A DNA stretch of 64,000 bases from Octopus sinensis. Lineage: Eukaryota. Position numbers and translations under genes: made by a program. Below are positions 48,701-56,192 of this stretch, piece by piece (position 1 is the stretch's first letter; every line of letters begins with the position of its first letter). The DNA is taken from NCBI RefSeq assembly GCF_006345805.1, contig NC_043024.1, positions 5,890,001 to 5,954,000 of the forward strand, in the 5' to 3' direction. Under the pieces are notes generated by a model. The model had not been told where the DNA came from and ran no database searches. It worked only from the letters and a program-made list of their open reading frames with translations.

Positions 48701-50972
48701 TTTTGTTGAATAAAATTTGTTGAAAAAAAGCTGCAATAATTTTGCCCCAACCCAATACTGCTTTACACCCAGCATGTACACTCACATCATAACACTCTGG
48801 AAGGATGAAAATAAAAGTTTCCTCCAAACCCCCAAAAGGGTTCGAATTCACACAAAGCACCACAACAAAATATCACAAAATATTCCATCTGATGCTCTAC
48901 CAATTTTGTTAATGCCGCTCCCTCCCTCTCCTTTGCTGTTATGCATTTCATTGTAGACAGAAACAACAGTAGCAGACCACCAATTTTTGAAGTTTGTTAA
49001 CGAAGGTATGCACTAATTAGGCAGTAGCTATAATTAGTGAAGTATAAAGTATATAATTAAGATTTATATATACTCACTATCATCTACGTCTATATACACT
49101 CCTGCTCTCATTACTATGAAACTAGTGCTCAGTTCAAAGTTGCAAGAGGAGTTACGTCTGGGGTAGCCAGACTATGGTCAATATTTGGCCAATCTGTGGT
49201 CAGTAATTAGCCAGCTTATAGTAAGTATTTGTCCAGCTTGTGGTCAGTATTTAGTCAACTGATCGTAAATATTTAGCCTACATATGATCAGCATTTGGCC
49301 AGCTTACAGTGAGTATTTGTTAAGTTAAGTTAATTTTTTGGCTCAAAAAGCAAAAAGCAAGGCCATGTAGGGGGACATGGAGTTATGTACAGGGTGGTGT
49401 TCATGCAAAGAGTTCAGGCCATTTCTGGTCAAGGAGACTTTGAACCGAGCGGTCGTCAGTATCTTCACTATCTTGTCCGGTAGCTTGTCAATATTTGACC
49501 AGCTTATGATCAGTATTTGGCCAGCTTATGGCTAAAATTTGACCTGCTTATGGTCAGTATTTGACCAGCCATGGTTATTCTATGACTAGTCTGTGGTCAG
49601 TACATTACAGTAATTTGGCTCAAAAAGCAAAAAGCTAGGCCATGTAGGGGGGACATGGAGTTATGTACAGGGTGGTGTTCATGTAAAGAGTTCAGGCCAC
49701 TTGAGGTCAAGGGAGACTTTGAACAGAGCGGTATACAATACTCATTCCATGACAAATCTATGGTCAGTATTTAGCCAATCTATTGTCAATCAACAACTAG
49801 CCTATGACTAGTCCCTAGTCAGCTCAATCCATAAACCACCACCACCATCATCATCACCATCATCATCACCATCATCATCACCATCATCATTTCAGATCTG
49901 TTTTTTTTCCATACTGGCAGAGGTCAAATGGCTAAGGCAGTGTTTTAATAACAATATTCCCGGCGTGGTTGTGTGGTAAGAAGTATTCTTCCCAACCACA
50001 TGATTCAAGGTTCAGTCCTACCTCACAATGCTGCCTTAGGCAAGTGTTTGTGACAGAAAATCTGGGCCAACCAATAGCTTGGAAGTGGATCTGACAGATG
50101 GAAACTGATAGAAGCTTATAGCACACACATATATATATGTGTGTGTGGTGTGTGTGTGTGTTGTGTGTGTGTGTGTGCCTGTGTGTGTATTTTTGTGTTA
50201 GTGTGTGCACAGGTGTATGTGTGTGAGTATGTGCATAAATGTGCATGCGTATGCATGTGAATGTGTAAGTTGTGTATGAGTAAGTGTGTGAATGTGTGTG
50301 TGTGTGAATGAAGGAACGTGTGTGTGTGAGTGAATGAACGTGTGTGTGTGAGTGAAGGAACGTGTGTGTGTGAGTGAATGAACGTGTGTGTGTGTGTGGG
50401 AATGAACGTGCGTATGTGTGTGTGTGTTGTGTGTGTGTGTGTGTGTCCCCTTTTCTTGCAATTAAAGAGCAGTGTCACTCCCATTGCAGTGGAGAGACAT
50501 GTCCAGCCATGGCCAAATATTACCTCACTTCGAAACAAGCATTGAAAAGTGGACTCTAAATAGTGATGACGATGACAACACCAATGCCGCCTCTCCTGAT
50601 TCCAGCTGCTTTAGCCACCTCTCACAACCCCCAGGGACACAGTATACCCAGTCCATGACCAGCATGGGCTCAGTTAACGATCCCAAACACCAATGGTCAG
50701 TATGCTTGGTCAAATAAACATAAGGAGCATAGAAAACAGAATCCCAAGAAAATTGTCATAATTTGTGTTGGCCAAAAAAAAAAAAAAATGGTGGTTGCTC
50801 ATCATGCTAGAAATAGTAGCCAAATATCTCTGAAATTAGAGCTTGATGGAAAAGAAAACTTCACTTACGTTAAGAGTACACCACGTGCAGTTGACACTTG
50901 ATGAAATACATTGACCACAAGTTTCGTGTTTTGTACAGGGATTCTTACTCTCTTCTTCGGAAGTGTATTTCT
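1118..50972 (-). CDS. ITGB: Integrin beta subunit, partial gene of 19 coding exons covering PSI to beta-tail; 5' signal exon and 3' TM/cytoplasmic exons not seen in window
   Basis: Hand-spliced exons all have AG/GT ends and compatible phases, summing to 2049 nt (2+682 codons+1) with no stop. Hallmarks: PSI cysteines, [72 protein letters not shown], four I-EGF repeats. Paralogue not assignable. Confidence 0.97.
1764..1986. mobile_element. piggyBac-like MITE
   Basis: ttaaccctt(t)tgttacc ... ggtattgaaagggttaa termini with TTAA; same family at 19293-20043 and about 23745-23975. Confidence 0.7.
2552..2693 (-). CDS. ITGB: Integrin beta exon, beta-tail ([47 protein letters not shown])
   Basis: ttctag/gtaagt; 142 nt; C..C...KEC..C pattern. 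Confidence 0.93.
2842..3050. mobile_element. MITE, Tc1/mariner-like TIRs
   Basis: gggtgctgaaaaggtcctgg ... aaagccaggaactattcagcaccc; sister copies at 5170-5332 and about 23555-23740. Confidence 0.6.
3166..3314. mobile_element. Palindromic Penelope-like element with hammerhead-like motif
   Basis: 74-bp inverted arms centred on 3240; CUGU-CCAAUGA...GAAA-CUCAGAG-UA-ACAG on +. Confidence 0.6.
3316..5100 (-). mobile_element. 5'-truncated, frameshifted RTE-clade LINE (reverse transcriptase remnant)
   Basis: ORFs 4571..5032 ([30 protein letters not shown]), 4181..4423 ([12 protein letters not shown]) and 3534..4178 ([25 protein letters not shown]); (GAT)n tail at 3316-3337. Confidence 0.93.
5501..5593 (-). 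CDS. ITGB: Integrin beta exon, I-EGF4 ([31 protein letters not shown])
   Basis: ccacag/gtaagt; 93 nt. Confidence 0.96.
5960..6140 (+). mobile_element. Penelope-like short element with minimal hammerhead-like motif
   Basis: CUUU-CUGUAGA-A-GUGC-guag-GCUC-GAAA-CG-UA-AAAG at 6010-6045; sister copies at 51535-51570 and about 55698-55800. Confidence 0.6.
6352..6611. repeat. AT-rich inverted repeat with about 125-bp arms, Penelope-like
   Basis: ggaaagg..cataaaactcaacaaatttc mirrored by gaaatttgtttagttttatg..ttttcc; GAAACGATCGTA at 6514-6525. Confidence 0.7.
7225..7334 (-). CDS. ITGB: Integrin beta exon, I-EGF3 ([36 protein letters not shown])
   Basis: ctctag/gtaagt; 110 nt. Confidence 0.96.
8325..8730 (+). 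mobile_element. tRNA-headed SINE, family 1 (most abundant), near full length
   Basis: A-box gagtggctgtgtggt, B-box ggttcagtccc, body caccttgggcaagtgtcttctactatag, internal (TA)n(TG)n, tail gaaacaagtaaaagag. Confidence 0.9.
9120..9540. repeat. (GTA/GTG)n compound trinucleotide repeat
   Basis: Direct inspection; explains ORFs 9084..9758 and 9189..9770. Confidence 0.95.
9549..9706 (-). CDS. ITGB: Integrin beta exon, I-EGF2 ([52 protein letters not shown])
   Basis: ttgcag/gtaagt; 158 nt; partly visible in ORF 9181..9639. Confidence 0.96.
10240..11560. repeat. (GATA/GACA)n compound array with (GGCA)n block
   Basis: Direct inspection; explains the Ser/Leu/Ile/Tyr-rich ORFs 9941..11494 and 10407..11660. 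Confidence 0.97.
11582..11718 (-). CDS. ITGB: Integrin beta exon, I-EGF1 ([45 protein letters not shown])
   Basis: ctgcag/gtaagt; 137 nt. Confidence 0.95.
12283..12668 (-). mobile_element. Non-autonomous Helitron
   Basis: On minus: 5' A|TC start at 12668, subterminal hairpin cccgagcaacgccggg, CTAG|T end at 12283; inserted in an AT site with no TSD. Confidence 0.85.
12840..13030 (+). mobile_element. Penelope-like element with hammerhead motif, next to (TA)n
   Basis: GGAUAA-CUGAAGA-GAUG..CAUC-C-GAAA-CUCAGGG-UU-UUACC at 12931-12992; same family at 21030-21210. Confidence 0.6.
13156..13296 (-). CDS. ITGB: Integrin beta exon, hybrid end ([47 protein letters not shown])
   Basis: caacag/gtgagt; 141 nt; ICECDC motif. 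Confidence 0.96.
13515..13672 (-). mobile_element. Degenerate RTE-clade LINE fragment
   Basis: Minus translation [33 protein letters not shown] resembles the RTE RT C-terminal LQxFxNxCLRxILxIxWPDxISNxxLWxRTNQ pattern. Confidence 0.6.
14144..14195 (-). CDS. ITGB: Integrin beta small exon ([18 protein letters not shown])
   Basis: ccacag/gtaagg; 52 nt; phase 2 in, 0 out; supplies the hybrid-domain cysteine. Confidence 0.85.
14325..14805. repeat. CA-rich tandem duplication built on cactcacatg units
   Basis: 14331-14460 recurs at about 14680-14805. Confidence 0.8.
15436..15667 (-). mobile_element. tRNA-headed SINE, family 2, with 22-bp TSD
   Basis: Head gagctggcagaaacgttagc, B-box gagttcaaattc; TSD tttttagggagcaagtcaacct at 15414-15435 and 15668-15689. 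Confidence 0.9.
16394..16467 (-). CDS. ITGB: Integrin beta exon ([24 protein letters not shown])
   Basis: ttccag/gtaagg; 74 nt; phase 0 in, 2 out, fits neighbours. Confidence 0.85.
16660..17480. repeat. GATA-derived 18-22 bp minisatellite (cagacagatggattgatcga)n
   Basis: Direct inspection. Confidence 0.93.
17507..17695 (-). CDS. ITGB: Integrin beta exon, end of betaI ([63 protein letters not shown])
   Basis: ccacag/gtgagt; 189 nt; DYPS and IFAV motifs. Confidence 0.96.
19293..20043. mobile_element. Three tandem piggyBac-like MITE copies
   Basis: Units about 19293-19540, 19567-19795 and 19818-20043, joined by the spacer gaattgtttctctattatat. Confidence 0.85.
20404..20478 (-). CDS. ITGB: Integrin beta exon ([25 protein letters not shown])
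   Basis: ttgcag/gtaaga; 75 nt; LGG..PNDG.CHL motif. Confidence 0.96.
20790..20998 (-). mobile_element. Penelope-like element with minimal hammerhead (CCGAUGA variant)
   Basis: Minus 20930-20896: GUUU-CCGAUGA-A-GAGC-ucg-GCUC-GAAA-CG-UU-AAAC; abuts (TA)n; near-identical copy at 42690-42890. Confidence 0.7.
21778..22110 (+). mobile_element. tRNA-headed SINE, family 3
   Basis: A-box tggcttagtgg, B-box gagttcaattcc, central tgtgtccttgagcaagatactt motif. Confidence 0.75.
22133..23485 (-). mobile_element. 5'-truncated RTE-like LINE with repetitive 3' UTR
   Basis: ORF 22727..23437 ([35 protein letters not shown]); about 52-bp internal repeats ggtgctttttacgtgccacc; (GAT)n tail. Isolated 3' ends also at about 15700, 32170, 33890, 41360-41730, 43080, 43500 and 47485. 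Confidence 0.92.
24001..24084 (-). CDS. ITGB: Integrin beta exon ([28 protein letters not shown])
   Basis: ttacag/gtgagt; 84 nt; IGWR and DAxFHxAGDGK motifs. Confidence 0.96.
24365..24460 (-). ncRNA. Degenerate hammerhead motif (G12 mutated to A)
   Basis: AAUAGAC-CUGAUGA-GUGACUAUAUUUU..AAAAUAUAACCAC-AAAA-UGUGCA-UA-GUCUAUC. Confidence 0.5.
25030..25122 (-). CDS. ITGB: Integrin beta exon ([31 protein letters not shown])
   Basis: ttgcag/gtaagt; 93 nt; SxNLDxPE motif. Confidence 0.96.
25764..25859 (-). ncRNA. Type-I hammerhead ribozyme motif, intact core, palindromic helix III
   Basis: GAC-CUGACGA-[13-pair stem II, 2 mismatches]-GAAA-CACGUG-UA|GUC; predicted cut between 25767 and 25766. Confidence 0.7.
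26330..27200. mobile_element. Penelope-like inverted repeat (about 340-bp arms, about 200-bp spacer) with hammerhead motif in the arms
   Basis: 26330-26670 mirrors 26870-27200; + copy CCU-CUGAUGA(26929)..GAAA(27010)-UGGCCG-UA-AGG. Confidence 0.75.
27548..28140 (+). mobile_element. Helentron/HINE-like non-autonomous element interrupted by a CR1 3' end
   Basis: Terminal hairpin acctctgcctt-cact-aaggcagaggt at about 28112-28137; (caaa)n; CR1 piece inserted at 27645-27890. Confidence 0.5.
27645..27890 (+). mobile_element. CR1-type LINE 3' end
   Basis: [44 protein letters not shown] then (TAAC)n tail; further copies on minus at about 49320-49490 and 49605-49735. Confidence 0.85.
28181..28515 (+). 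mobile_element. Probable RTE-type LINE ORF2 C-terminus with two C2H2-like fingers
   Basis: ORF 28181..28453 has C-x-C-x12-H-x3-H and C-x2-C-x12-H-x3-H with AGLxxHxRxH; short 3' hairpin catcgtcttcgatg. Confidence 0.55.
28608..28704 (-). CDS. ITGB: Integrin beta exon, specificity-determining loop ([32 protein letters not shown])
   Basis: ctccag/gtaagt; 97 nt; NPC...C.P pattern. Confidence 0.93.
29108..29520. mobile_element. Family-2 SINE inserted in opposite orientation into another family-2 SINE
   Basis: + copy 29108-29250 resumes at about 29447; minus copy between them, with imperfect TSD gtc(g/a)ataaat(t/g)aaatacct. Confidence 0.75.
30120..30695 (+). mobile_element. CR1-type LINE 3' fragment
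   Basis: ORF 30182..30538 with [38 protein letters not shown]; (ATT)n tail. Confidence 0.9.
31129..31533. mobile_element. MITE with 24-bp TIRs, nested in a hAT-like element (about 30840-32060)
   Basis: ggatcttttcggtttgaacggcag / ctgccgttcaaaccgaaaaaatcc (1 mismatch); atatt on both flanks; outer element has ggacccc subterminal motifs. Confidence 0.75.
32520..32900 (+). mobile_element. Family-1 SINE with internal deletion
   Basis: Same head and tail as 8325-8730. Confidence 0.85.
33640..33736 (-). CDS. ITGB: Integrin beta exon ([32 protein letters not shown])
   Basis: ccacag/gtaagt; 97 nt; matches the GFGSFVDK motif. Confidence 0.95.
34329..34550 (-). mobile_element. Helitron 3' end, truncated at the minisatellite
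   Basis: ctagcagtatcgcccagcgttgctcaggtttgtaagggaaataactata matches 12283 onward; gactataagataccc duplicated at the junction. Confidence 0.8.
34551..40875. repeat. 26-bp minisatellite, about 243 units, consensus caccatcaccaatgcgtcttatgtgg
   Basis: Direct inspection; about 6325 bp / 26; variation confined to a few positions. Confidence 0.98.
42076..42207 (-). CDS. ITGB: Integrin beta exon with MIDAS loop ([44 protein letters not shown])
   Basis: caccag/gtaagt; 132 nt; seen at the end of ORF 42044..42724. Confidence 0.97.
42690..42892 (-). mobile_element. Penelope-like element with minimal hammerhead (CCGACGA variant)
   Basis: Minus 42825-42791: GUUU-CCGACGA-A-GAGC-ucc-GCUC-GAAA-CG-UU-AAAC. 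Confidence 0.7.
42941..43013 (-). CDS. ITGB: Integrin beta exon ([24 protein letters not shown])
   Basis: caatag/gtaagt; 73 nt; matches the QxxPQ hybrid-domain motif. Confidence 0.93.
43738..43972 (-). mobile_element. Family-2 SINE with 16-bp TSD
   Basis: TSD aatttgacaaaattcc at 43722-43737 and 43973-43988. Confidence 0.9.
44440..46085 (-). mobile_element. Family-1 SINE split by a 1.3-kb expanded internal (TA)n/(TACA)n array (44640-45940)
   Basis: Tail half at 44440-44640; head half at 45940-46085. Confidence 0.85.
46378..46616 (-). mobile_element. tRNA-headed element with (AAT)n linker and hammerhead-bearing Penelope-like tail
   Basis: A-box TGGCATAGTGG and B-box GTTCAATTCC at 46550-46612; intact hammerhead at 46427-46472; inverted tail copy at 46625-46790. 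Confidence 0.65.
46427..46472 (-). ncRNA. Minimal type-I hammerhead ribozyme motif, intact core
   Basis: GACAC-CUGAAGA-A-GGCUG-gagggUauau-CAGCC-GAAA-CG-UU|GUGUU; AACGUU palindrome replaces helix III. Confidence 0.75.
46917..47012 (-). CDS. ITGB: Integrin beta exon ([32 protein letters not shown])
   Basis: ttccag/gtcagt; 96 nt; phase 0/0; remaining two PSI cysteines. Confidence 0.9.
48153..48378. mobile_element. piggyBac-like MITE, second family
   Basis: ttaactctttagcattcaaaccggcc ... ctgaacactgaagggttaa; relatives at about 7430-7640, 14812-15000 and 48535-48672. Confidence 0.7.
49165..49800. repeat. About 22-bp degenerate minisatellite (tatggtcagtatttggccagct) containing two CR1 3' ends
   Basis: Direct inspection. 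Confidence 0.7.
50869..50972 (-). CDS. ITGB: Integrin beta exon: PSI domain start ([34 protein letters not shown])
   Basis: ttccag acceptor, gtaagt donor; 104 nt; phase 1 in, 0 out; PSI C-x5-C-x2-C-x6-C-x-W-C pattern. Confidence 0.93.
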
Positions 50973-51009
50973 CTGGAATAAAAAAAGAAGATATTAGATA
51001 TATATTTAT

Positions 51010-51205
51010 TACATATATTATTATTATTATTATTATTAATTATTATTAATATTATTGTTATTATTAATTATTATTATTATTATTAATGTTATTAATTATT
51101 ATTGTTATTATTATTGTTATTAATTATTATTATTGTTATTAATTATTATTATTATTATTATTATTGTTATTAATTATTATTATTGTTATTATTAATTATT
51201 ATTGT

Positions 51206-51237
<32 letters not shown>

Positions 51238-51320
51238 ATTGTTATTATTATTATTAATTATTATTATTATTGTTATTATTATTAATTATTATTATTGTTA
51301 TTATTATTAATTATTATTAT
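51010..51320. repeat. (ATT)n compound microsatellite
   Basis: Direct inspection. Confidence 0.95.
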
Positions 51321-52147
51321 TTAAGGCAGCAAAGGTGGTTGAATCATTAGCGTACTGGGCGAAATGATTAGTGGTATTTTGCCCATTCCTATGTTCCAAG
51401 TTCAAATTCTGCCAAGGTCAACTTTGCCTTTCATCATTTTAGGGTCAATAAATTAAGGCGTAGGAGTGGCTATGTGGTAAGTAGCTTGCTAAATCTACAA
51501 GTTTTTTTTTCATTCCCCCTTTTTTCTCTTATTCCTTTCTGTTGAAGAGCATAGGCTCGAAACGTAAAAGACTTTTACATTTTCCCAAGTGTCGAACTAA
51601 TACACCTACTTGTAACAAGGAACAGGTGTATTAGTTTGATGCCTGTCTTCATCTTTTGTCTTTCTGTAAATTTCAGCTATATATATATATATAAGGGGAA
51701 TTTTCCTTGTGTTGTATGTCCTGTACTCTATTTTTTTGTTGTTTAAGAAAAATGTCCATTTCCTTGGTTTTGTGTTTATGTTTTCGTTTCTCATTGTGTT
51801 CGACGTTTTTTTAGTGTCCTGTACCCATATATGCATGTATATATACATATAGATGTAGGTACGTACATATATGTATGTATATATGCATATGTTTTATTTA
51901 TTAATTTGTTATTATATATATATATATACATATATATAGGGAGAATTCACAAAAAGGCAAAAAACGAAGACAGGTGGTGCAGACAACAAATAGATGTATT
52001 AGTTTAACACTCGGAGCGTGACACACACACTTTTATATTATATATGTACTATATACATTATACATACATATATAAATATTGTTAATAACTGAACAACAAT
52101 AGACATTTGTTGATGAAAGGACTCAATCAAAGTTTCATAGTATATAT

Positions 52148-52203
<56 letters not shown>

Positions 52204-52477
52204 GCACAAACATATATATAAAGGGTGAGAGAGATAGAGAAAGGAGAGAGAGGGGGAAGGGAGGAAGGAGAAAGAGAGAGAGAGAGAGAGGAATGAGTGA
52301 TCCATCACACCTGTGGTTGCTTGTTGCTAACAAAAGGAGGGGAGTGTATGTGAGAGAGAGAGAGAGAGGGAGAGAAAATGGGAGAGAAAGAGGGGGATGA
52401 GAGAGAGAGAGAGAGAGAGAAGGTAAGAGAGATATATGCAGAATAGAAGTGGGGAAGTAAAAGGTGAAAAGGAGAGA

Positions 52478-52520
<43 letters not shown>

Positions 52521-52967
52521 AGAGAGAGAAGAAGGGAAAATGAAGAAGTACAGAAGACCGGTTGGGTGTGTATTGATGCATGTGTGCATGCATACATACA
52601 AGTGTGTATATGCACACATATGCACACGTGCATGTGTGTGTGAAAGCATTGTGTAAAATGTGTGAATGTGTTTGCGTATATAAGAATAAATAAACTATTC
52701 TTGTTAGATATGAAAAATAAAAAAAAACATTTCCTTATCTCATCCGGCAGAGCTGCTCACAAAACACACACAACCCCTTTCCGCCCCACATACATACATA
52801 CATACACACGCACACAGGACTCAACCTTAAATTTCCAAACCTTCCCAGAAATTCGAAATATGATGATGATGATGATGAATAATTCTAATTTTGGAACAAG
52901 GTCATAGATTTTGAGGTGAGGGGGTGAGTCTATTTGAGCCCTCCCTGCTTCCCCATCCACCCAAAGG

Positions 52968-53330
52968 GATGAATGTACTTACTTGTACTTGTGGCGACAT
53001 TCACCCTGGGCGGGTTGAGTCGGCTTCTTCTAGCACCCTCGAGCCATCGAGGAAGTTCATGGAAGAAGTTTCGTGGAAATATGTGGATTTCACAAGAGGT
53101 CCCCAACAATCCCGCATGTGGAGACATCCTGTTTGCCGCAGATTGTCCACAGACGCAGGGACAGAACGACCGAGGAGCCGCCGGTTGCCGAAGCAGACAC
53201 TCCGAGGATTTTCACCAGAACCCCGTCTGCCGGGTTGTGGCCTTAATACCACTCGGTGTCAGACCAATCCGCCTTGGTTGGCCCTACCAGGAACCGAAGT
53301 TCCTGACGGCATAGCTCTGACACTACCCGT
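52968..53330 (-). mobile_element. Short CpG-rich RTE-like non-autonomous element (structured leader plus aagt-type tail, no ORF)
   Basis: Minus start gagctatgccgtcaggaacttcggttcctggtagggcc resembles RTE 5' leaders as I recall them; ends cgccacaagtacaagtaagta. Confidence 0.45.
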
Positions 53331-53599
53331 TGAATGGCATTAAGTTGGCCTCAGTGGGTTATTATGAATAATTCTAGCCAATCTTGGCACATGTCAGGAA
53401 TTTTGAGGGAGGTTGGGAACTCGATTCACATTGACCCCAGCACATCACTGGTACTTATTTTACAGATCTTGAGAGTATTACAAGTAGAGTCAACCATGGC
53501 AGAATTTGAACTCAGAACATAAAGACAGACAAAATGACCCTAAGCATTTTGTCCAGTGTGCTAACGATTCTGCCAGCTTGCTGCCTTATTTAATAATAA

Positions 53600-54380
53600 T
53601 AATAATAATTAACTGATTGGAAGTGTTATCATGTACATTGTTTTGTCTTGGTATAAAAGATGGGCTACAGCAAATATTCTGCTCAATACCACAGATTTGC
53701 TTGTCAGTTGTTTGACCTTAACCAGTTGATTATGTCCCTTAGTGGCTGACAATATGTGCATCTCTGATCATGAGTAGAAGGGGAGCATCATAGCCATGTG
53801 TTGAGAGGGATTCTTTGGGGTTTGGATAATTTACCTCTGGAAACATGGGTGGTTAGTCCAACATCCTTAAACAACCCTTATTCAGGGACCTTGTGAGCAG
53901 AATGGGTTACTCGACCAGAACAAAATTCTAACTGGGTCCTACCTGCAAGGTCATGTGCTGTTTATCTTGATATGAGATCACCATGTTGCACACATATGGT
54001 TGTGATTATGTGCCTGGTGTACCCTTATCAGATGTGTAGTCATGATGGGTATACTGGGCTCCATATATTTTACCCCAGTGTCACTTTGATGGCATGCACT
54101 GCTCTCTCACTGAATAATAATAATAATAAGATGGGCTACAGCATATATGCTTGTCAGTTGTTTGACCTTAAGCAGTTGAGCATGTCCCTTAGTGGCTGAC
54201 AATATGTGCAACTCTGATCATGAGCAGAATTAGTGGGGGAGCATCATAGCCATGTATTGAGAGGAATTCTTTGGGGTTTGGATAATTCACCTTTGGAAAC
54301 ATGGGTGTTTTGTTCAACATCCTTAAACAACCCTTATTCAAAAGAGACCTTTTGAGCGAGATGAGCTACTCGACCTGAAA
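53600..54380 (-). mobile_element. Two tandem copies of a LINE-like 3' UTR ending in (ATT)n
   Basis: 53645-53900 is repeated at 54128-54350; a third copy starts at 63960. Confidence 0.6.
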
Positions 54381-54933
54381 GTGAGATTGCAGCAATGGCC
54401 AATGCCAGTGTTGCATGTCTGGCCGTTTAAAAGTACCTCTGATGCATCTGGCACTATGATATGCTTGAGAAGACCTGTTGAGTCAAGTAAAACCAAAATC
54501 GTAGCTATGGCCACTGCCCCCTGTTCTGGTGGCATGTAAACAGCATTATCCGAACGTGGTCAATGCCAGTGCTGCCTGACTGGCTCCTGTGCCAGTGGCA
54601 CGCACCTGGTGTGCTCTCTAGACCTTAATCAAACTGTCCAACCCATGCCAGCATGGAAAACGGATGTTAAATGATGATAATATATGTATACATACATACA
54701 TACACATATATATACATACACATATCATCATCATCATCATTTTACATTCCTCTGTGATCATTTTGTCACTTGACATGTGGCATGTCATGCACTTGTACAG
54801 ATAATGTCGATTTGATGAAGGGAGTGAGCTTACGTGAAAACAAACATTTGATCACTATAAGCAAATAATCTGTTTCTTCAGCAAGAAATTACAGAACTTT
54901 CATAATGTTATCTAACACTGTGGGAGGCCATTA

Positions 54934-55001
<68 letters not shown>

Positions 55002-55048
55002 TATCAATAAATGGTGGGGTTGTGTTGACCGCACGTGGAGAAATGATA

Positions 55049-55230
55049 AGTAAGGAAAAATTTTTTTAAAAATGCAGAATGCTCAAATGAAAGAAAATTT
55101 TAATAAAATGAGAAAATGATAAAATATATAAATTATATAAATATATATTTATATATTTTATCATTTTCTCATTTTATTAAAATTTTCTTTCATTTGAGCA
55201 TTCTGCATTTTTAAAAAAATTTTTCCTTAC

Positions 55231-55231
<1 letters not shown>
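55049..55231. repeat. Perfect inverted repeat: 85-bp arms, 13-nt loop
   Basis: Checked base by base: 55049-55133 is the exact reverse complement of 55147-55231. Confidence 0.95.
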
Positions 55232-55261
<30 letters not shown>

Positions 55262-55829
55262 CTTTTTTTTTATTTATTTCAGTCATTTGACTGCGGCCAT
55301 GCTGGAGCACTGCCTTTAGTCGAACAAATCGACCCCAGGACTTATTCTTTGTAAGCCTATTACTCATTCTATCAGTCTCTTTTGCCGAGCCGCTAAGTTA
55401 TGGGGACGTAAGCATACCAGCATTGGTTGTCAAGCAATACTGGGGAGGACAAACACAGACACACAAACGTATATGACGGGCTTCTCTCAGTTTCCGTCTT
55501 GGCCCAAGGCTGTCATGCAATGGGACTGAACCTGGAACCATGTGGTTGGTAAGCAAGCTACTTACCACACAGCCACACCTGCGTCTATATATGCATATAC
55601 AGCATATATATATAAACATGTGTGTGTGTGTATATATATAGGTATATATTTTTTTTATTGCTTCAGTCATTTGACTGTGGCCATGCTGGAGCACCACTGA
55701 AGAGCATAGGCTCGAAATGTTAAAGACTTTTTCACTTCCCGAGCGTTAAACTAATACATCTGCTTTTTGTCTACACCACCTGTCTTCGTCCTGTTTTTTT
55801 TGTGAATTCTCACTATATATATATGTATA

Positions 55830-55873
<44 letters not shown>

Positions 55874-56192
55874 TCACATATATACACACACCCACAGATG
55901 CGGGCATGTCTCTTTATGTATATATTCATGTGCATGAGCTTGTTTGTGCATGAGTATATGTATAAACACGTGGCTGTGTGTGGTACACATAAATCTGGGT
56001 GTGTGTGTGTTTGTGAGTAGCTACATGTGTCTATACACATGCATGTGTGTGTGTGTGTGTGTGAGTGTGTGTGTGTGTTTCACATGCCTTCAGCCTTATT
56101 TCTGCTTCAAGAACAGTTTACAATAAATTAAAAAATAAAATAAAACAAAACAAAATAGGACATTCTTATTGTCTTGTTGTTAAAAAGAAACG

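Noticed and set aside
50525-50713. Alternative integrin exon (62-aa ORF on minus)
   Set aside because: No integrin similarity, and the flanking exons already join in phase without a gap.
53100-53260. HDV-like or twister ribozyme
   Set aside because: A P1-like helix and UCCUCG are present, but no P3 pairing or GG for P1.1, and twister spacing does not fit.
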